Source of the DNA: an uncultured Lachnospiraceae bacterium
GTDB taxonomy: Bacteria > Bacillota > Clostridia > Lachnospirales > Lachnospiraceae
Direction: 5' to 3'
Length of the DNA stretch: 64,000 nucleotides
Assembly: GCA_947245585.1 (NCBI GenBank)
Contig: CAMXPV010000018.1
Span: forward strand, 8,682 to 72,681
The translations under genes and the position numbers were made by a program. Positions 1 through 9,907 of this stretch are shown in pieces. Positions within the stretch are counted from its first letter, which is position 1; each line of letters begins with the position of its first letter. The notes under the pieces are model-generated. The model searched no databases. It was not told where the DNA came from and saw only the letters and a program-made list of their open reading frames with translations.

Positions 1-3000
1 TACTCGTTCGCCGTCCATTTTGCGTAGAAGGTCTTATCGTCCGCGTCGGTTGCCGTGAGCTCAATTACCTTCGTGTCCTGCGCAAAATCCTCGTCCGTAT
101 ACCAGCCTCCAAAGGTATATCCTGTCCTTTCTATCTGCGCCGCCGTTGGCAGAATCAGTCCCTTGCTGTATGTATATTTCTGGAAAGCAGTCTCATTCGT
201 TATGGTTCCGCCATTTTTCTCATAAGTTACAGAATAGCTGTCCGGCGTCCACCCCGCATAAAGCGTCCTGTTTGCCGTCACTGCGGTATTGAAATTGTAA
301 GGTGTCGTGCAGGCGGAATTGGTATACCAGCCCTTAATGGTATAATGTTCCCTGACCGGCGCGCCGTATACAGGTTCCACAATCTTACCGCCGCTCACCA
401 CAAGCCGGGTATCGGTATGAGACGGTTCCTCATCCTCCGCCTGCATATCGCTTTCAAATATGCCTTCGCCCGCATTCAGCGTTACGCTGCAAATTCCAGG
501 CGCAGCCTTCGTGGCCTGTTTGCCCACGCCGGAGGTGGCGGTAAACGTATATTGTCCCGCCTCATTGACGCCAAAGGTATTCCCCCGCACCGTCATGGCA
601 TAGCTGTCCCCCTGCTTTTGGCAGACTGTTCTGCCTGCGGAAGGGCCAAAGGTAACCTGCACGGAAAAGATGGCGTTAGGGCCGTCCGCCTGCGCCGCTC
701 CCAACGTGATCGTGGGCGTGATCCGGTCCAGACGCAGGGCGCTGCTGTATCCCTGCACCGTATTTCCCACACTGTCCACCGCTTTGTAATACAGATAGTT
801 GACTCCATCAGTCAGACTGGAACCTGACACTGTTCCATTGACACTTGTGCCCGTTTTCCCAAGGGAGGTCAGGCCGCCTGTGGGGTACGCGCCCTTTGTG
901 GTCACCCACTTGTACTGTAGGCTGGCAATCCCGCTGCCGCCCACATCCGTACCGTTTATGGTGACTGTCGGAGGCGATGCCTGCCATGGAGTGGGAATCG
1001 CGCTCACCGTCACCTTCGGATTCGTGCGGTCGATCTTTTCCACGGTAACCGTCTTCGTCACGTTTTTCGATCCGTTTGACAAGGTAAACACATAGTTCCC
1101 GTTGGCAGCAGCGGTATAGCTGTTTCCCGTCACGCTCTGGATTGTCCCGTCCGGCTTTTTCACGTTCAGGGTCAGCGTGCCGCTTCCCTGCTTCTCCAAT
1201 AAAATCGTGCGGCTTCTCGCCCACTGGCTGTTATCCGTGTCGGCAGTCAGTGTAAGCTTCTGCTCCTGCTCCTGTTGCTGCTGTGGCGTCACGGTAAAGG
1301 AAGTCTTTTCATAGGCCGCCTCGCCCGTGCTCCTGTTGATCGCCATGGCGTGGAGATAATAGGTCCCCGCCGTCAGCGCCGGGTTTGTGGCCGTGTAGCT
1401 TAAGCCGCCCGCTTTCAGCCATCCCGCCGCAGGCATGCCCGCATCCTGCGTAAAGCAGTACTGGAGCAGATCCGCGTTCTGCGCGCTGATCTGCGCCTTC
1501 GCCATGCCGTCCGTCACGCCGTTGTTGGTCAGGGTGATTTTGGGCGCGTTCGCACCCGTCGTCGTAATCGTCGCAGTGCCGGAGGTATTCGTGTTTGCCG
1601 TCCCGGAAGTATCGCACATATCCTTGATATAAGATGCATTGGTGATGCCCTTAAGCTGGATATCGCCGCCCTTAAACTCCGTGGTCACCTTGCCCGTAAA
1701 ATACAGCACGTTGGTATCCCCGCCGCCGCTGTAGCTTAAGTCGTTTGTCACGTTGGTCTTAATCTTCACACTGCCCAGGGTGGAATTTTTCACATCCACA
1801 ATCTCGTCAAAGACAAGCGCGATGGTGATGTTGTCACCGACCGCGTAGGCAGTCTGCGCCATGGGCGCGATGCCGAGAAGCTGCGGTTCCGTCTCGTCCT
1901 TAATCTTCGTCCAGTCCTTATACGAATTCATATACCATATGTCTTCCTTTGCCCCTGTCGCCGCAAACCATATATTTGCTTCGTCATACACACCGAAGAC
2001 CAGATAATCACCCTCTATGGCACCGCTTCTCACCGCTGTATTAAAACCATATACATTGCTTCTTTCACCTGCCCCTGGGACAGTCACTGCCGCCTCCAGG
2101 TCATCTTCCATTTCCCATCTGGCCGTATATTTTGCCGATCCGACATTGCTGTCCTCAAGGGCAACCGGGCCATCATATTCATTTCCACTGTTAAAACTGT
2201 TCGGCGCATGGTCTGCAATCCAGATATGCTCATACCCGTCGTCCTCTTCCCTGGCCGTAAATCGCAGCCGATAATAATACCCGTCCGCCGTCGCCTTGAC
2301 ATAGGCATTCACCTTGTCGTCCCACGCCGCAATCGTTCTCTGCACATTAAAGTTCTTATAACAGCCAACATTATCAAGATGACTTGTGTTGTAGCCTCTG
2401 TTATTGGAATAAAACACCTGATGGTTTTTCGTTTTGCTTCTGTCTACAACATACTTGTTATCATTGCTTGTGGAATAGCTTCTCTCCTTCTCCTGATAGA
2501 CATCCCTGCTCACCGCATAGGAGCTGTTCTTCGCCATCGTCCTTGTGGCCGTTCCCGCCAAAATCGTCGCGCCGCCCATAGGTCGATAAATTTCTAGCGA
2601 ATATGTCCTGTCGGCATTGGCATAAGCCGTGGCCGTTTCCCCGCCATAGGCGCTTGTCACCGCATGTTCCGTCACGGTGACGGTCTGGCTGCCGCTGCCG
2701 TTAAAGGTCAGCATTCCCGCCTTGTGGGTAAAGTGGGTTCCGCCCACGGCAGAGCCGTTCACCGTGCGGTAAAACACCATCTGCTCCCCCACGCCGTCCG
2801 CAAGCGTCACGGTAAAGGTATTGTCCCCGTTATTTTTCACGGAAAACTGTCCCAGATTGTCGGTCTTGCCAAAGGGAATGGCATTGCTGTAGACCACGTT
2901 TCCTCCCGCCGTCTTCACATAGGCGCGCCCGTAGTAAGTGACCGTCTTGGTCAATCCCGTGGCCGCAACAGATATCTTCTGATTCGCCGCCGTCACCGGG

Positions 3001-5891
3001 GACGCCGTTTTTGCGCTGCCGCCGTTTAAGGACAGGGTCGGGCTGCCCATGATGCCCCACACGAAGCCGGTCTCCACGATCCTGTCGCTGCCCGGCTCCA
3101 AAAGCGTGGCAGACAAGGTGTAATCACAGTCCTTCCCGGCAATTTCCGCGGCGGTCGGCGTGTCGATGGCAATCCCCTTCTCCACCGTCACCAGCGCATC
3201 CTCCGAGGGAATCCGAAACTCTGGATGCCCGTTCGCCCAGACCTCGCACCGATAGGTATACTCCCCCGGAACAGCGGTCTGCGCCGCAGACAGCGTGTAC
3301 GCAGCGCGGGTCGCGCCCGTCACCGCCTCGTAAACGTCGTTCTTTTTCTGATACCACTGGTACTGATAGGTATAGCTCTTCCCGTCCACGGAAGACACCG
3401 ACACGGAGAGCGCGCCAGTCCCTCCCTGCGGAATCACGAGATTGTCAGGACCGGTAATCCGCAAAGGAGAACTGGTCACATGAAAGACAGCCGCCTGCGG
3501 ATTGCCGCCCACCTGTTTTCCCGCCTTGTCCGCCACGGCGGCATTGTTGATGTCGATGGTGTAATCCCCCGGTGTGAAGGAATTGCTCTGCTGCGCCTCC
3601 GCCGTGTAGCGCACCACGAGCTTCTTCGTGCCCCGTCCGGAGACAATCTCCGCCTTGCTTATGAGAAGGGACGCCCCGGCGCTGTCCTTTACGGTCACGT
3701 CGTCCGTGCCCACCGTCGCCTCGTTGATCTCACCGTTCGGTGACCTGTCGGAACCGGTATAGGTGACGGTAAAGGTGTAATCACCCAGCTCCGCCACATG
3801 TTCTTTCGCATCTATGCTGAAAATCAGGCTGCCTGCAAATCCCAGATTCGGGTCCTTCCCTTCCAGCACCGTCCTCTGATTTTCTCTGGCGTCCAGCAGC
3901 CACCTTAAAATCCACGCCTTCGTATCCTTCTTCTCCTGCTCGGTTCCTTTCCAACCGTTGCTGCCATTTAGAGAATCAAAACAGTTGCAATCGCCGAGCG
4001 CCGTAATTCTTCCCCTGCCTGCCGCCTGATCCACCATCCACGGCTGTCCATTCAGCAAAAGCACCGATTCCGCGCTTCCCGTATAGGTAATCGGCGCTAA
4101 ATAATAGCAGGTAAGACTCTCCTTTACATCCTGTGTCAGAGCGGTTGCCGGCATATCGGCAGATCCCTTGGCAATACTTGTACGTGTCCCTATGAATTTG
4201 TCTTCAATTCTGAAATCAGCGCCCAGCTTTTCCGCCGCCTCCGACAGGATACGATCTTCATGAGAAAACACCGCTGAATTTTCCCCTATCATAACAATCC
4301 TGCCGCCGCCTGCCAGGAAGTCCCGCATCAGAGAGATATCCTCGTCAATCAGTGGCCACTCTGGCAAAAACAAAATCATAAGCCCGATACCGTCCATATC
4401 GTCCTCTGACAAATGTCGTACTGTGTCATCAGCTTTTAACCGTACACCATACCCTGCCTCCGAAAAGACCTGCGCCACACCCTCCACACATGGTTGTATT
4501 TCTGTATTATAGAACAGCGGATTAAGCTCGGTAGAGAAAATCAGCACATCCTTCCCGCCTGCCGTCGTCATCAGCCTGTCTTCCCCGGAAAAAAGGGCAA
4601 GCAAGGCAACCAGCTTTTCGGCGTCCACCATCTCCTGCCACTCCTTGGGGAAACCCTCATAGGTGTCAGAAAGCGCAAGAAGGCGCTCGTACAGAGCTTC
4701 GATCTCCTCCTCGCTCATCCGGGATGTCCCTGTAAACATTCCTTGCAACGCCTCTTCCACTTCTTCTGCGTCCGGCAGGGCGTCGATCTCCTCCTGCAGT
4801 CCGCAGACCGGGCAGTCCTCCCCCGCCGCCACGATGCCGTGGACACAGCCCACGCTCACTCTGATTTCCGGCAGGCTGACATCCTCCGCCAGCTCATATT
4901 CTTCCGGCAGAACGGGCGTAAAGACATAGATGCCCTCCCTATCGCCGTCATAGGCAGGCGAAGCCTCCCATACGATATCCTCTATGGTCACTTCTTCCGT
5001 TTTCGTTTCACTTTCGGTACGGACATCCTCCGACGCGTCTTTTTCCTCCGCGGGCATGGTGTCCGTGTCCTGCCCGTCTGTCATCAGTGTCCCCGCAATC
5101 AGGTCGTCCTGCGTATGTTCCGAGCCGTATGCGGGTATGACAAAGGAGCCGGTCTTTATAGAAAAACCGACTGTCTCCCGTGTGATCTGTGCCGCGCGCG
5201 CCTCATCCTGCGCATCCGCGCCCGACTCCCTGCTGCCATCTGTGCTGTCGGCATCCGGATTCTCTTCTCCGTTTCCACCAGGGTTCTCATCGTCGCCGCC
5301 AGGTTCCTTTTCTCCACTGTCGCCGCCGTCGCCCGGATTCTGCTCTTCGCCGTCGTCCCCGTCGCCCGGATTCTGCTCCCCGCTGCCGTCCCCGTCGCCC
5401 GGATTCTGCTCTTCGCCGTCATCCCCATCGCCCGGATTCTGCTCTTCGCTGTCGTTCCCATCGCCCGGATTCTGCTCTTCGCCACCGTCTCCGTCGCCCG
5501 GATTCTGCTCTTCGCTGTCGTTCCCATCGCCCGGATTCTGCTCTTCGCCTTCGTCTTCCTCCTCCGGTTCTTTAGGGGATTCAGATTCTACCCCCCACTC
5601 ATTTTCGGCATCCTCCGTAAGGACATACGCCTCCAACGTATCCGGCAGACTTAAATCCGCGATATCCGTACCCACAGGAACCCTCTGCTCCCGCACATCC
5701 GCAGACAGCGGAACAAAGCCCGTGATCCTGCACGCCTCCTCTTTCTGCTCGGCGTGCACCGAGAGAATGCCCGCAAACTCCGACTGCTGTGTCAACACCA
5801 TGGCAAGCGCCAAAACACCTGTCAAAATGCGCCGCCCGGTTTTTCTCCCCCTTTTATTCATGCCGCTGTTATGATCGTCTTTCCTGTTCAT
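1..5891 (-). CDS. Large secreted/cell-surface protein (>1960 aa, 3' end outside window) with acidic repeats, a GATase/DUF4350-like domain, Ig-like domains and Listeria-Bacteroides (InlB B-type) repeats
   Basis: Absent from the ORF track because no stop lies in the window. My translation from ATG 5891 (SD AAGGAG upstream) gives MNRKDDHNSGMNKRGRKTGRRILTGVLALAMVLTQ..., signal-peptide-like. The same frame reads ...GYTFGGWYTD...TFYAKWTANE at the window start (B-repeat signature). Confidence 0.88.
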   Translation of the reverse strand, partial: MNRKDDHNSGMNKRGRKTGRRILTGVLALAMVLTQQSEFAGILSVHAEQKEEACRITGFVPLSADVREQRVPVGTDIADLSLPDTLEAYVLTEDAENEWGVESESPKEPEEEDEGEEQNPGDGNDSEEQNPGDGDGGEEQNPGDGNDSEEQNPGDGDDGEEQNPGDGDGSGEQNPGDGDDGEEQNPGDGGDSGEKEPGGDDENPGGNGEENPDADSTDGSRESGADAQDEARAAQITRETVGFSIKTGSFVIPAYGSEHTQDDLIAGTLMTDGQDTDTMPAEEKDASEDVRTESETKTEEVTIEDIVWEASPAYDGDREGIYVFTPVLPEEYELAEDVSLPEIRVSVGCVHGIVAAGEDCPVCGLQEEIDALPDAEEVEEALQGMFTGTSRMSEEEIEALYERLLALSDTYEGFPKEWQEMVDAEKLVALLALFSGEDRLMTTAGGKDVLIFSTELNPLFYNTEIQPCVEGVAQVFSEAGYGVRLKADDTVRHLSEDDMDGIGLMILFLPEWPLIDEDISLMRDFLAGGGRIVMIGENSAVFSHEDRILSEAAEKLGADFRIEDKFIGTRTSIAKGSADMPATALTQDVKESLTCYYLAPITYTGSAESVLLLNGQPWMVDQAAGRGRITALGDCNCFDSLNGSNGWKGTEQEKKDTKAWILRWLLDARENQRTVLEGKDPNLGFAGSLIFSIDAKEHVAELGDYTFTVTYTGSDRSPNGEINEATVGTDDVTVKDSAGASLLISKAEIVSGRGTKKLVVRYTAEAQQSNSFTPGDYTIDINNAAVADKAGKQVGGNPQAAVFHVTSSPLRITGPDNLVIPQGGTGALSVSVSSVDGKSYTYQYQWYQKKNDVYEAVTGATRAAYTLSAAQTAVPGEYTYRCEVWANGHPEFRIPSEDALVTVEKGIAIDTPTAAEIAGKDCDYTLSATLLEPGSDRIVETGFVWGIMGSPTLSLNGGSAKTASPVTAANQKISVAATGLTKTVTYYGRAYVKTAGGNVVYSNAIPFGKTDNLGQFSVKNNGDNTFTVTLADGVGEQMVFYRTVNGSAVGGTHFTHKAGMLTFNGSGSQTVTVTEHAVTSAYGGETATAYANADRTYSLEIYRPMGGATILAGTATRTMAKNSSYAVSRDVYQEKERSYSTSNDNKYVVDRSKTKNHQVFYSNNRGYNTSHLDNVGCYKNFNVQRTIAAWDDKVNAYVKATADGYYYRLRFTAREEDDGYEHIWIADHAPNSFNSGNEYDGPVALEDSNVGSAKYTARWEMEDDLEAAVTVPGAGERSNVYGFNTAVRSGAIEGDYLVFGVYDEANIWFAATGAKEDIWYMNSYKDWTKIKDETEPQLLGIAPMAQTAYAVGDNITIALVFDEIVDVKNSTLGSVKIKTNVTNDLSYSGGGDTNVLYFTGKVTTEFKGGDIQLKGITNASYIKDMCDTSGTANTNTSGTATITTTGANAPKITLTNNGVTDGMAKAQISAQNADLLQYCFTQDAGMPAAGWLKAGGLSYTATNPALTAGTYYLHAMAINRSTGEAAYEKTSFTVTPQQQQEQEQKLTLTADTDNSQWARSRTILLEKQGSGTLTLNVKKPDGTIQSVTGNSYTAAANGNYVFTLSNGSKNVTKTVTVEKIDRTNPKVTVSAIPTPWQASPPTVTINGTDVGGSGIASLQYKWVTTKGAYPTGGLTSLGKTGTSVNGTVSGSSLTDGVNYLYYKAVDSVGNTVQGYSSALRLDRITPTITLGAAQADGPNAIFSVQVTFGPSAGRTVCQKQGDSYAMTVRGNTFGVNEAGQYTFTATSGVGKQATKAAPGICSVTLNAGEGIFESDMQAEDEEPSHTDTRLVVSGGKIVEPVYGAPVREHYTIKGWYTNSACTTPYNFNTAVTANRTLYAGWTPDSYSVTYEKNGGTITNETAFQKYTYSKGLILPTAAQIERTGYTFGGWYTDEDFAQDTKVIELTATDADDKTFYAKWTANE
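5320..5551 (-). repeat. 33-bp tandem repeat, about 7 copies, encoding EEQNPGDG(N/D)(D/G)(S/G)
   Basis: The unit TCGCCCGGATTCTGCTC recurs every 33 bp from about 5330 to 5550. Confidence 0.95.
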
Positions 5892-6120
5892 AGCCTGCTT
5901 CACTCCTTCTGTCAATCTCATTCCTTTTATCCTGCCTGTGAGTCGTCCCAGCCTTTGCATATTCTCACGGCCAAACTGCTGCCTGCGATTTGATATTTCA
6001 CATGCCGTATGGGACACCCGTGCGGATGTATTCGCTCTTTAACAGGATTATATATAGAAAAAAAATTGAAAAAAGGGATTTGGCATAGATTGCACTTTTG
6101 GGGGTATAGACTGTAAGATT

Positions 6121-6131
6121 GGTTTACATAA
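6121..6131. other. XerD-arm-like motif GGTTTACATAA
   Basis: Reverse complement TTATGTAAACC is a 10/11 match to the Firmicutes dif XerD arm TTATGTAAACT. Confidence 0.6.
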
Positions 6132-6187
6132 TATTAGCAGATATTAGTGGTAATACCGGAAGATATTAGAGTATTGAGATATTAGAA

Positions 6188-6725
6188 TTAGAGCAGCCTT
6201 AAAAGCTGTACCAGTTTATGCGATTCGTCTGTATCTGATGCGGCCTGCCTGGTATCAAACTGTGAAAAACGGTTGTCCTGATAGAAAGATAGCAGTTTTT
6301 CCTCATTTTCCGCTTCCAGAAATCTTATCATTTACACCATCTGTATAATTTTTTCCAAGTTGGGCAATCAGATAGGCCGACATGGTATATGTATCTGAAT
6401 TTTCGTCCAGTTCGCTGATACGCAGCAGTTTTCTTTTCATGGTATTGCTTACGGTTTCACCCCTGACTGACAAAGGCTTTAGTGCAAGGGTAAAGTATCC
6501 TAACAGTTCCTTGCTTTCCACGGAAAACACAAGATATGTAACCGATTGGCTCTTTTTGGTAAATTCTACCGCACTGTTCTTTAAAAAACGCTCCACATCC
6601 GGATTCTTCGGGCACGAAAAACCGGAAAGCACCTTGGCTAGCATTGGCTCTCCGGCTTTACTATCACTTCCTAATGCCAGATAATCACGAATGTTGATAT
6701 AGAAAAACTTATCATTGATCGGCAT
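6188..6725 (-). pseudogene. GNAT-family acetyltransferase toxin disrupted by an internal deletion/frameshift
   Basis: The 140-aa ORF ends ...KISGSGK*. The natural-looking C-terminus LEAENEEKLLSFYQDNRFSQFD...LVQLLRLL* continues in another frame to a stop at 6188-6190. Confidence 0.75.
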
Positions 6726-6903
6726 TCGCTTTCTCCCATTCTCTCATGAATTTTCTCAGTTCTTCTTCCCCTTTGATCTGCCTCGCAGCCACAGGCGTGC
6801 GTTCAGGACGGTTTTTAGCAGATTCTTCTATCGCATTGATAAACATCTCCACCTGTTCCTTGCCGGAAATGACAAAATTCTTTGTAATACTTGAAGTTGC
6901 CAT
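6712..6903 (-). CDS. Small putative antitoxin of the GNAT TA pair (63 aa)
   Basis: MATSSITKNFVISGKEQVEMFINAIEES...; SD AGGAGG upstream of ATG 6903; overlaps the GNAT start. Confidence 0.7.
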   Translation of the reverse strand: MATSSITKNFVISGKEQVEMFINAIEESAKNRPERTPVAARQIKGEEELRKFMREWEKANADQ

Positions 6904-7032
6904 AAGAAACACCTCCTTTGTTAGTATGGTTCCTTCATGATAATTCATACTTTTCTATCTCTATTTTATTATCTTATATCGGTTCATGCAACAAACATTT
7001 ATGAATTTTTATAATCTCGCTCCCCGCTTCCC

Positions 7033-9039
7033 TCACTTCTTCACAATCCGATAATACGTCCTCGCCGTCACCACATAACTCCCCGCATACAAAACCGCCA
7101 CAGCCCCCGCCACACCAACGCAGCACCGAATCAAAAGTCCGGTATCGAAAAACCGCAGTGCAGCCAACAGGCCGTTGACCATCACAAGGCCCGCCGCCGT
7201 GTGCAGAAACGCCCCCGCAAGGGGCAGGAAAAACACCAACAAAATCTGTCTGTGAATGGCCCCTTTGATCTCACTGTCACTCATGCCCACCTTTTGCATG
7301 ATCTCAAAGCTGTTTTGATCTTCATACCCCTCCGACACCTGCTTAAAATACATGATGAGCAGAAAACACATGAAAAACAAAAGGCCAAAAACGATCCCGA
7401 TAAAGAGCAGTCCGCCGTTCATGGCGCGATCCTCGTCCCTTCCCTCAAGGCCGCTGTCAATCTTTATAAAATCCGGCTGCGCCTGACACCACGCTGCCCA
7501 CTCCTCCAAAAAAGCGGTCTTTTCGCTATCCTTCCCGTCAAGCAGCAAATTCAAATGCCGCACGTCGTTTCGTCCGAAGCCCTCCAGATCGGTCACGCCG
7601 TTTGTCAACGCCCATGCGGCCACAAATCTGTCAAAGGCTTCCCAATCCTTTACCACAACCACATACTGTTCTGTAAAATGAAACATCCTGTTTTTTGCCT
7701 GCGGGAAAGGGTAAATCCGTTCCGGTTCCGCCTTGACAACCGCCTCCACGCCCAAAAAATTTACGCTGTTAAAGCCAAAGGGCCTTCCCGTCGAGTACAA
7801 AAGCACCTCCCCCTCCTGCAGACTCTGGTTCTGCCCCTCCATACGGTTATAGTCATCCAGAGTAAGCAGTGTGACGGCATACTGATCCGCAAAGTCTAAT
7901 CCGGCGGCGGACACAAACGCATTGCTCCCCTCTAGCCTGCCGCAGTTAAGCTCCGTGGCACAATACTCATCCAGTCTCGCTATGGGCTGCCCGTATTTTT
8001 CTGCAAGCTCCTGTGCCTTCTCCTGCGCCGATTCTGCCACACTGCCATTTTCCAAACAGAATGCTTCCACATCATAAGGATAATCGTAAAAAGCAATCTG
8101 CTCCATCCCCATCCACATGGTGACCGTACAGGTCAATGTAATCAACAGCATGGTAGAAAAAATACAGATATTGGACAGCCCCGCCGCGTTCTTTTTCATA
8201 CGGTACAACATACCGGAAATCGTCACCTGATTGGCCGGCCGGTAATAAAACTTTTTTCGCTTCTTTAAAAAACGCAAAAACGCCACGCTTCCCGAGGTAA
8301 ACAGAAAATAGGTGCCCACAACCACCAAAAATACCGCCAGAAAAAAGCTTGTAAAAATCATGCTGTCCACTTTACTGGTAACGGAAATATAATACCCCCA
8401 CACCATCAAAATGGCCCCGACCGCAGACCACAGCCCGATATGCCTGACTTCCCTTTCTCCCTTCTTACTCTCCGCCATGAGCTCAGTGGGTTTCATGCGA
8501 AAAACGCCCCAGAGGCTCCTGATCGTAAGACAGCCAAACACAAAGGCGAAATACCCAAGCGTCTCTTTTACCGCCTCCGCGGAAAAATAAAATTCCGCCT
8601 CCACATTCAGCCTTGTCAGGCGAAGCAGCAAAAGAAACATCAGCTTATTTAACACAAAACCCAAGATAATCCCGGCCGACACGCTGACCAGATACATGCC
8701 CGCATTTTCCCAGAAAAGCATAACGCCGATATGCTTTCTCTCCAGACCCAGAATGCTGTAAAGTCCCAGCTCCCGTCTGCGTCTTTTCTGCAAAAAGCTG
8801 CCCGCATAGAGCAGAAATAATAAGAGAATAAAAGATAGCAGGCCCTTTCCGATACTAAGCATCAGCCACGCATAAGCCGCCTTTGGCAGCCTCTTCATCA
8901 AATCGTTATGCAGAAGCGACGAGAACAGGTAATAGCTGAATACAGAAAAAAAACACGCCGCCAGATACGGTCTGTATACCAATCGGTTCTGCTTTACGCC
9001 TCTGTATGCCATGACAGGCAGCAATTTCATTTTATTCAT
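7033..9039 (-). CDS. BceB/FtsX-like ABC transporter permease (antimicrobial peptide resistance type)
   Basis: 668 aa with many TM segments, a large extracellular loop, RRRELGLYSILG and KVGMSDSEI motifs. Confidence 0.9.
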   Translation of the reverse strand: MNKMKLLPVMAYRGVKQNRLVYRPYLAACFFSVFSYYLFSSLLHNDLMKRLPKAAYAWLMLSIGKGLLSFILLLFLLYAGSFLQKRRRRELGLYSILGLERKHIGVMLFWENAGMYLVSVSAGIILGFVLNKLMFLLLLRLTRLNVEAEFYFSAEAVKETLGYFAFVFGCLTIRSLWGVFRMKPTELMAESKKGEREVRHIGLWSAVGAILMVWGYYISVTSKVDSMIFTSFFLAVFLVVVGTYFLFTSGSVAFLRFLKKRKKFYYRPANQVTISGMLYRMKKNAAGLSNICIFSTMLLITLTCTVTMWMGMEQIAFYDYPYDVEAFCLENGSVAESAQEKAQELAEKYGQPIARLDEYCATELNCGRLEGSNAFVSAAGLDFADQYAVTLLTLDDYNRMEGQNQSLQEGEVLLYSTGRPFGFNSVNFLGVEAVVKAEPERIYPFPQAKNRMFHFTEQYVVVVKDWEAFDRFVAAWALTNGVTDLEGFGRNDVRHLNLLLDGKDSEKTAFLEEWAAWCQAQPDFIKIDSGLEGRDEDRAMNGGLLFIGIVFGLLFFMCFLLIMYFKQVSEGYEDQNSFEIMQKVGMSDSEIKGAIHRQILLVFFLPLAGAFLHTAAGLVMVNGLLAALRFFDTGLLIRCCVGVAGAVAVLYAGSYVVTARTYYRIVKK

Positions 9040-9803
9040 GATTCCCCTCCCTGTTGTGCCTGAATCACCGTCAAGGCATCCGATATCATGCGGTACATTG
9101 CATCCCGGTCGTGCTCGCCGCGATAAATCTGATGGAATACACAGCCGTCCTTAATGAAAAGCACCCGCCCTGCATGGGCCGCCGCCTGAATGCTGTGGGT
9201 CACCATGAGAATCGTCTGCCCCTCCCCGTTGATTTCTCCAAACAGTTTCAAAAGTTTCCCGGAGGCTCTGGAATCCAACGCTCCCGTGGGTTCGTCCGCC
9301 AACACGATATCCGGCCTTGTAATTAAGGCGCGGCACACCGCCGCCCGCTGTTTCTGCCCTCCCGAAACTTCGTAAGGATATTTATCCAGAAGCTCTTCAA
9401 TCATCAACTTATGGGAAAGGGGCGCAAGCCGCTCCTCCATCTCCTCATAGGGCGTCCCTGACAGCACTAGCGGCAGAAAAATATTATCCCGCAAAGACAT
9501 GGTGTCAAGCAGATTAAAGTCCTGAAAGACAAAGCCCAGATGATCCCGCCTGAACACGCACAAATCCTTTTGGCTTACATGCGAAAGCTCCTGCCCGTTT
9601 AGCAGGACTTGTCCGCTTGTGGCGGTATCTAAAGAAGCCAGAATATTTAACAGTGTGGTCTTTCCGGAGCCGGACTCGCCCATAATGGCCACATACTCCC
9701 CTTTTTCCACGGAAAAGTTCACATCGTTTAAAGCCTGCACTTTGACAGAGCCGAAGCGGGTGGTATATACTTTTTTCACATTTTTTACTGTTAACAGCGA
9801 CAT
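9036..9803 (-). CDS. BceA-like ABC transporter ATP-binding protein
   Basis: Walker A GESGSGKT, signature VSGGQKQR, Walker B VLADEPTGALD. Confidence 0.95.
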   Translation of the reverse strand: MSLLTVKNVKKVYTTRFGSVKVQALNDVNFSVEKGEYVAIMGESGSGKTTLLNILASLDTATSGQVLLNGQELSHVSQKDLCVFRRDHLGFVFQDFNLLDTMSLRDNIFLPLVLSGTPYEEMEERLAPLSHKLMIEELLDKYPYEVSGGQKQRAAVCRALITRPDIVLADEPTGALDSRASGKLLKLFGEINGEGQTILMVTHSIQAAAHAGRVLFIKDGCVFHQIYRGEHDRDAMYRMISDALTVIQAQQGGES

Positions 9804-9871
9804 GACCGTCCTCCTTACAGATTTTTCTTAATTATCATAAATAAAAAGGAAATGCGCTGCCATCCATCCGG

Positions 9872-9907
9872 CTTACATTTCCTTCCCGCAACTTACATTT
9901 TTGTAAG
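9872..9907. promoter_or_regulatory. BceR/VirR-like response regulator box CTTACA-N4-TGTAAG plus an extra half site
   Basis: Perfect inverted repeat CTTACA TTTT TGTAAG at 9892-9907 and a second CTTACA at 9872-9877. They lie upstream of the ABC genes, with a -10-like TATGAT at 9834-9839 (minus strand). Confidence 0.7.

Noticed and set aside
4494-5874. ORFs 4494-5654 (+), 4984-5874 (+), 5156-5527 (-) and 5189-5575 (+)
   Set aside because: These are shadow frames of the surface-protein gene; their repetitive translations come from the 33-bp VNTR.
5892-6050. c-di-GMP or other riboswitch in the long leader of the surface-protein gene
   Set aside because: Only scattered short matches (GCAAA, GGGACG) are present, without the required stem order. 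An Infernal/Rfam search would be needed.
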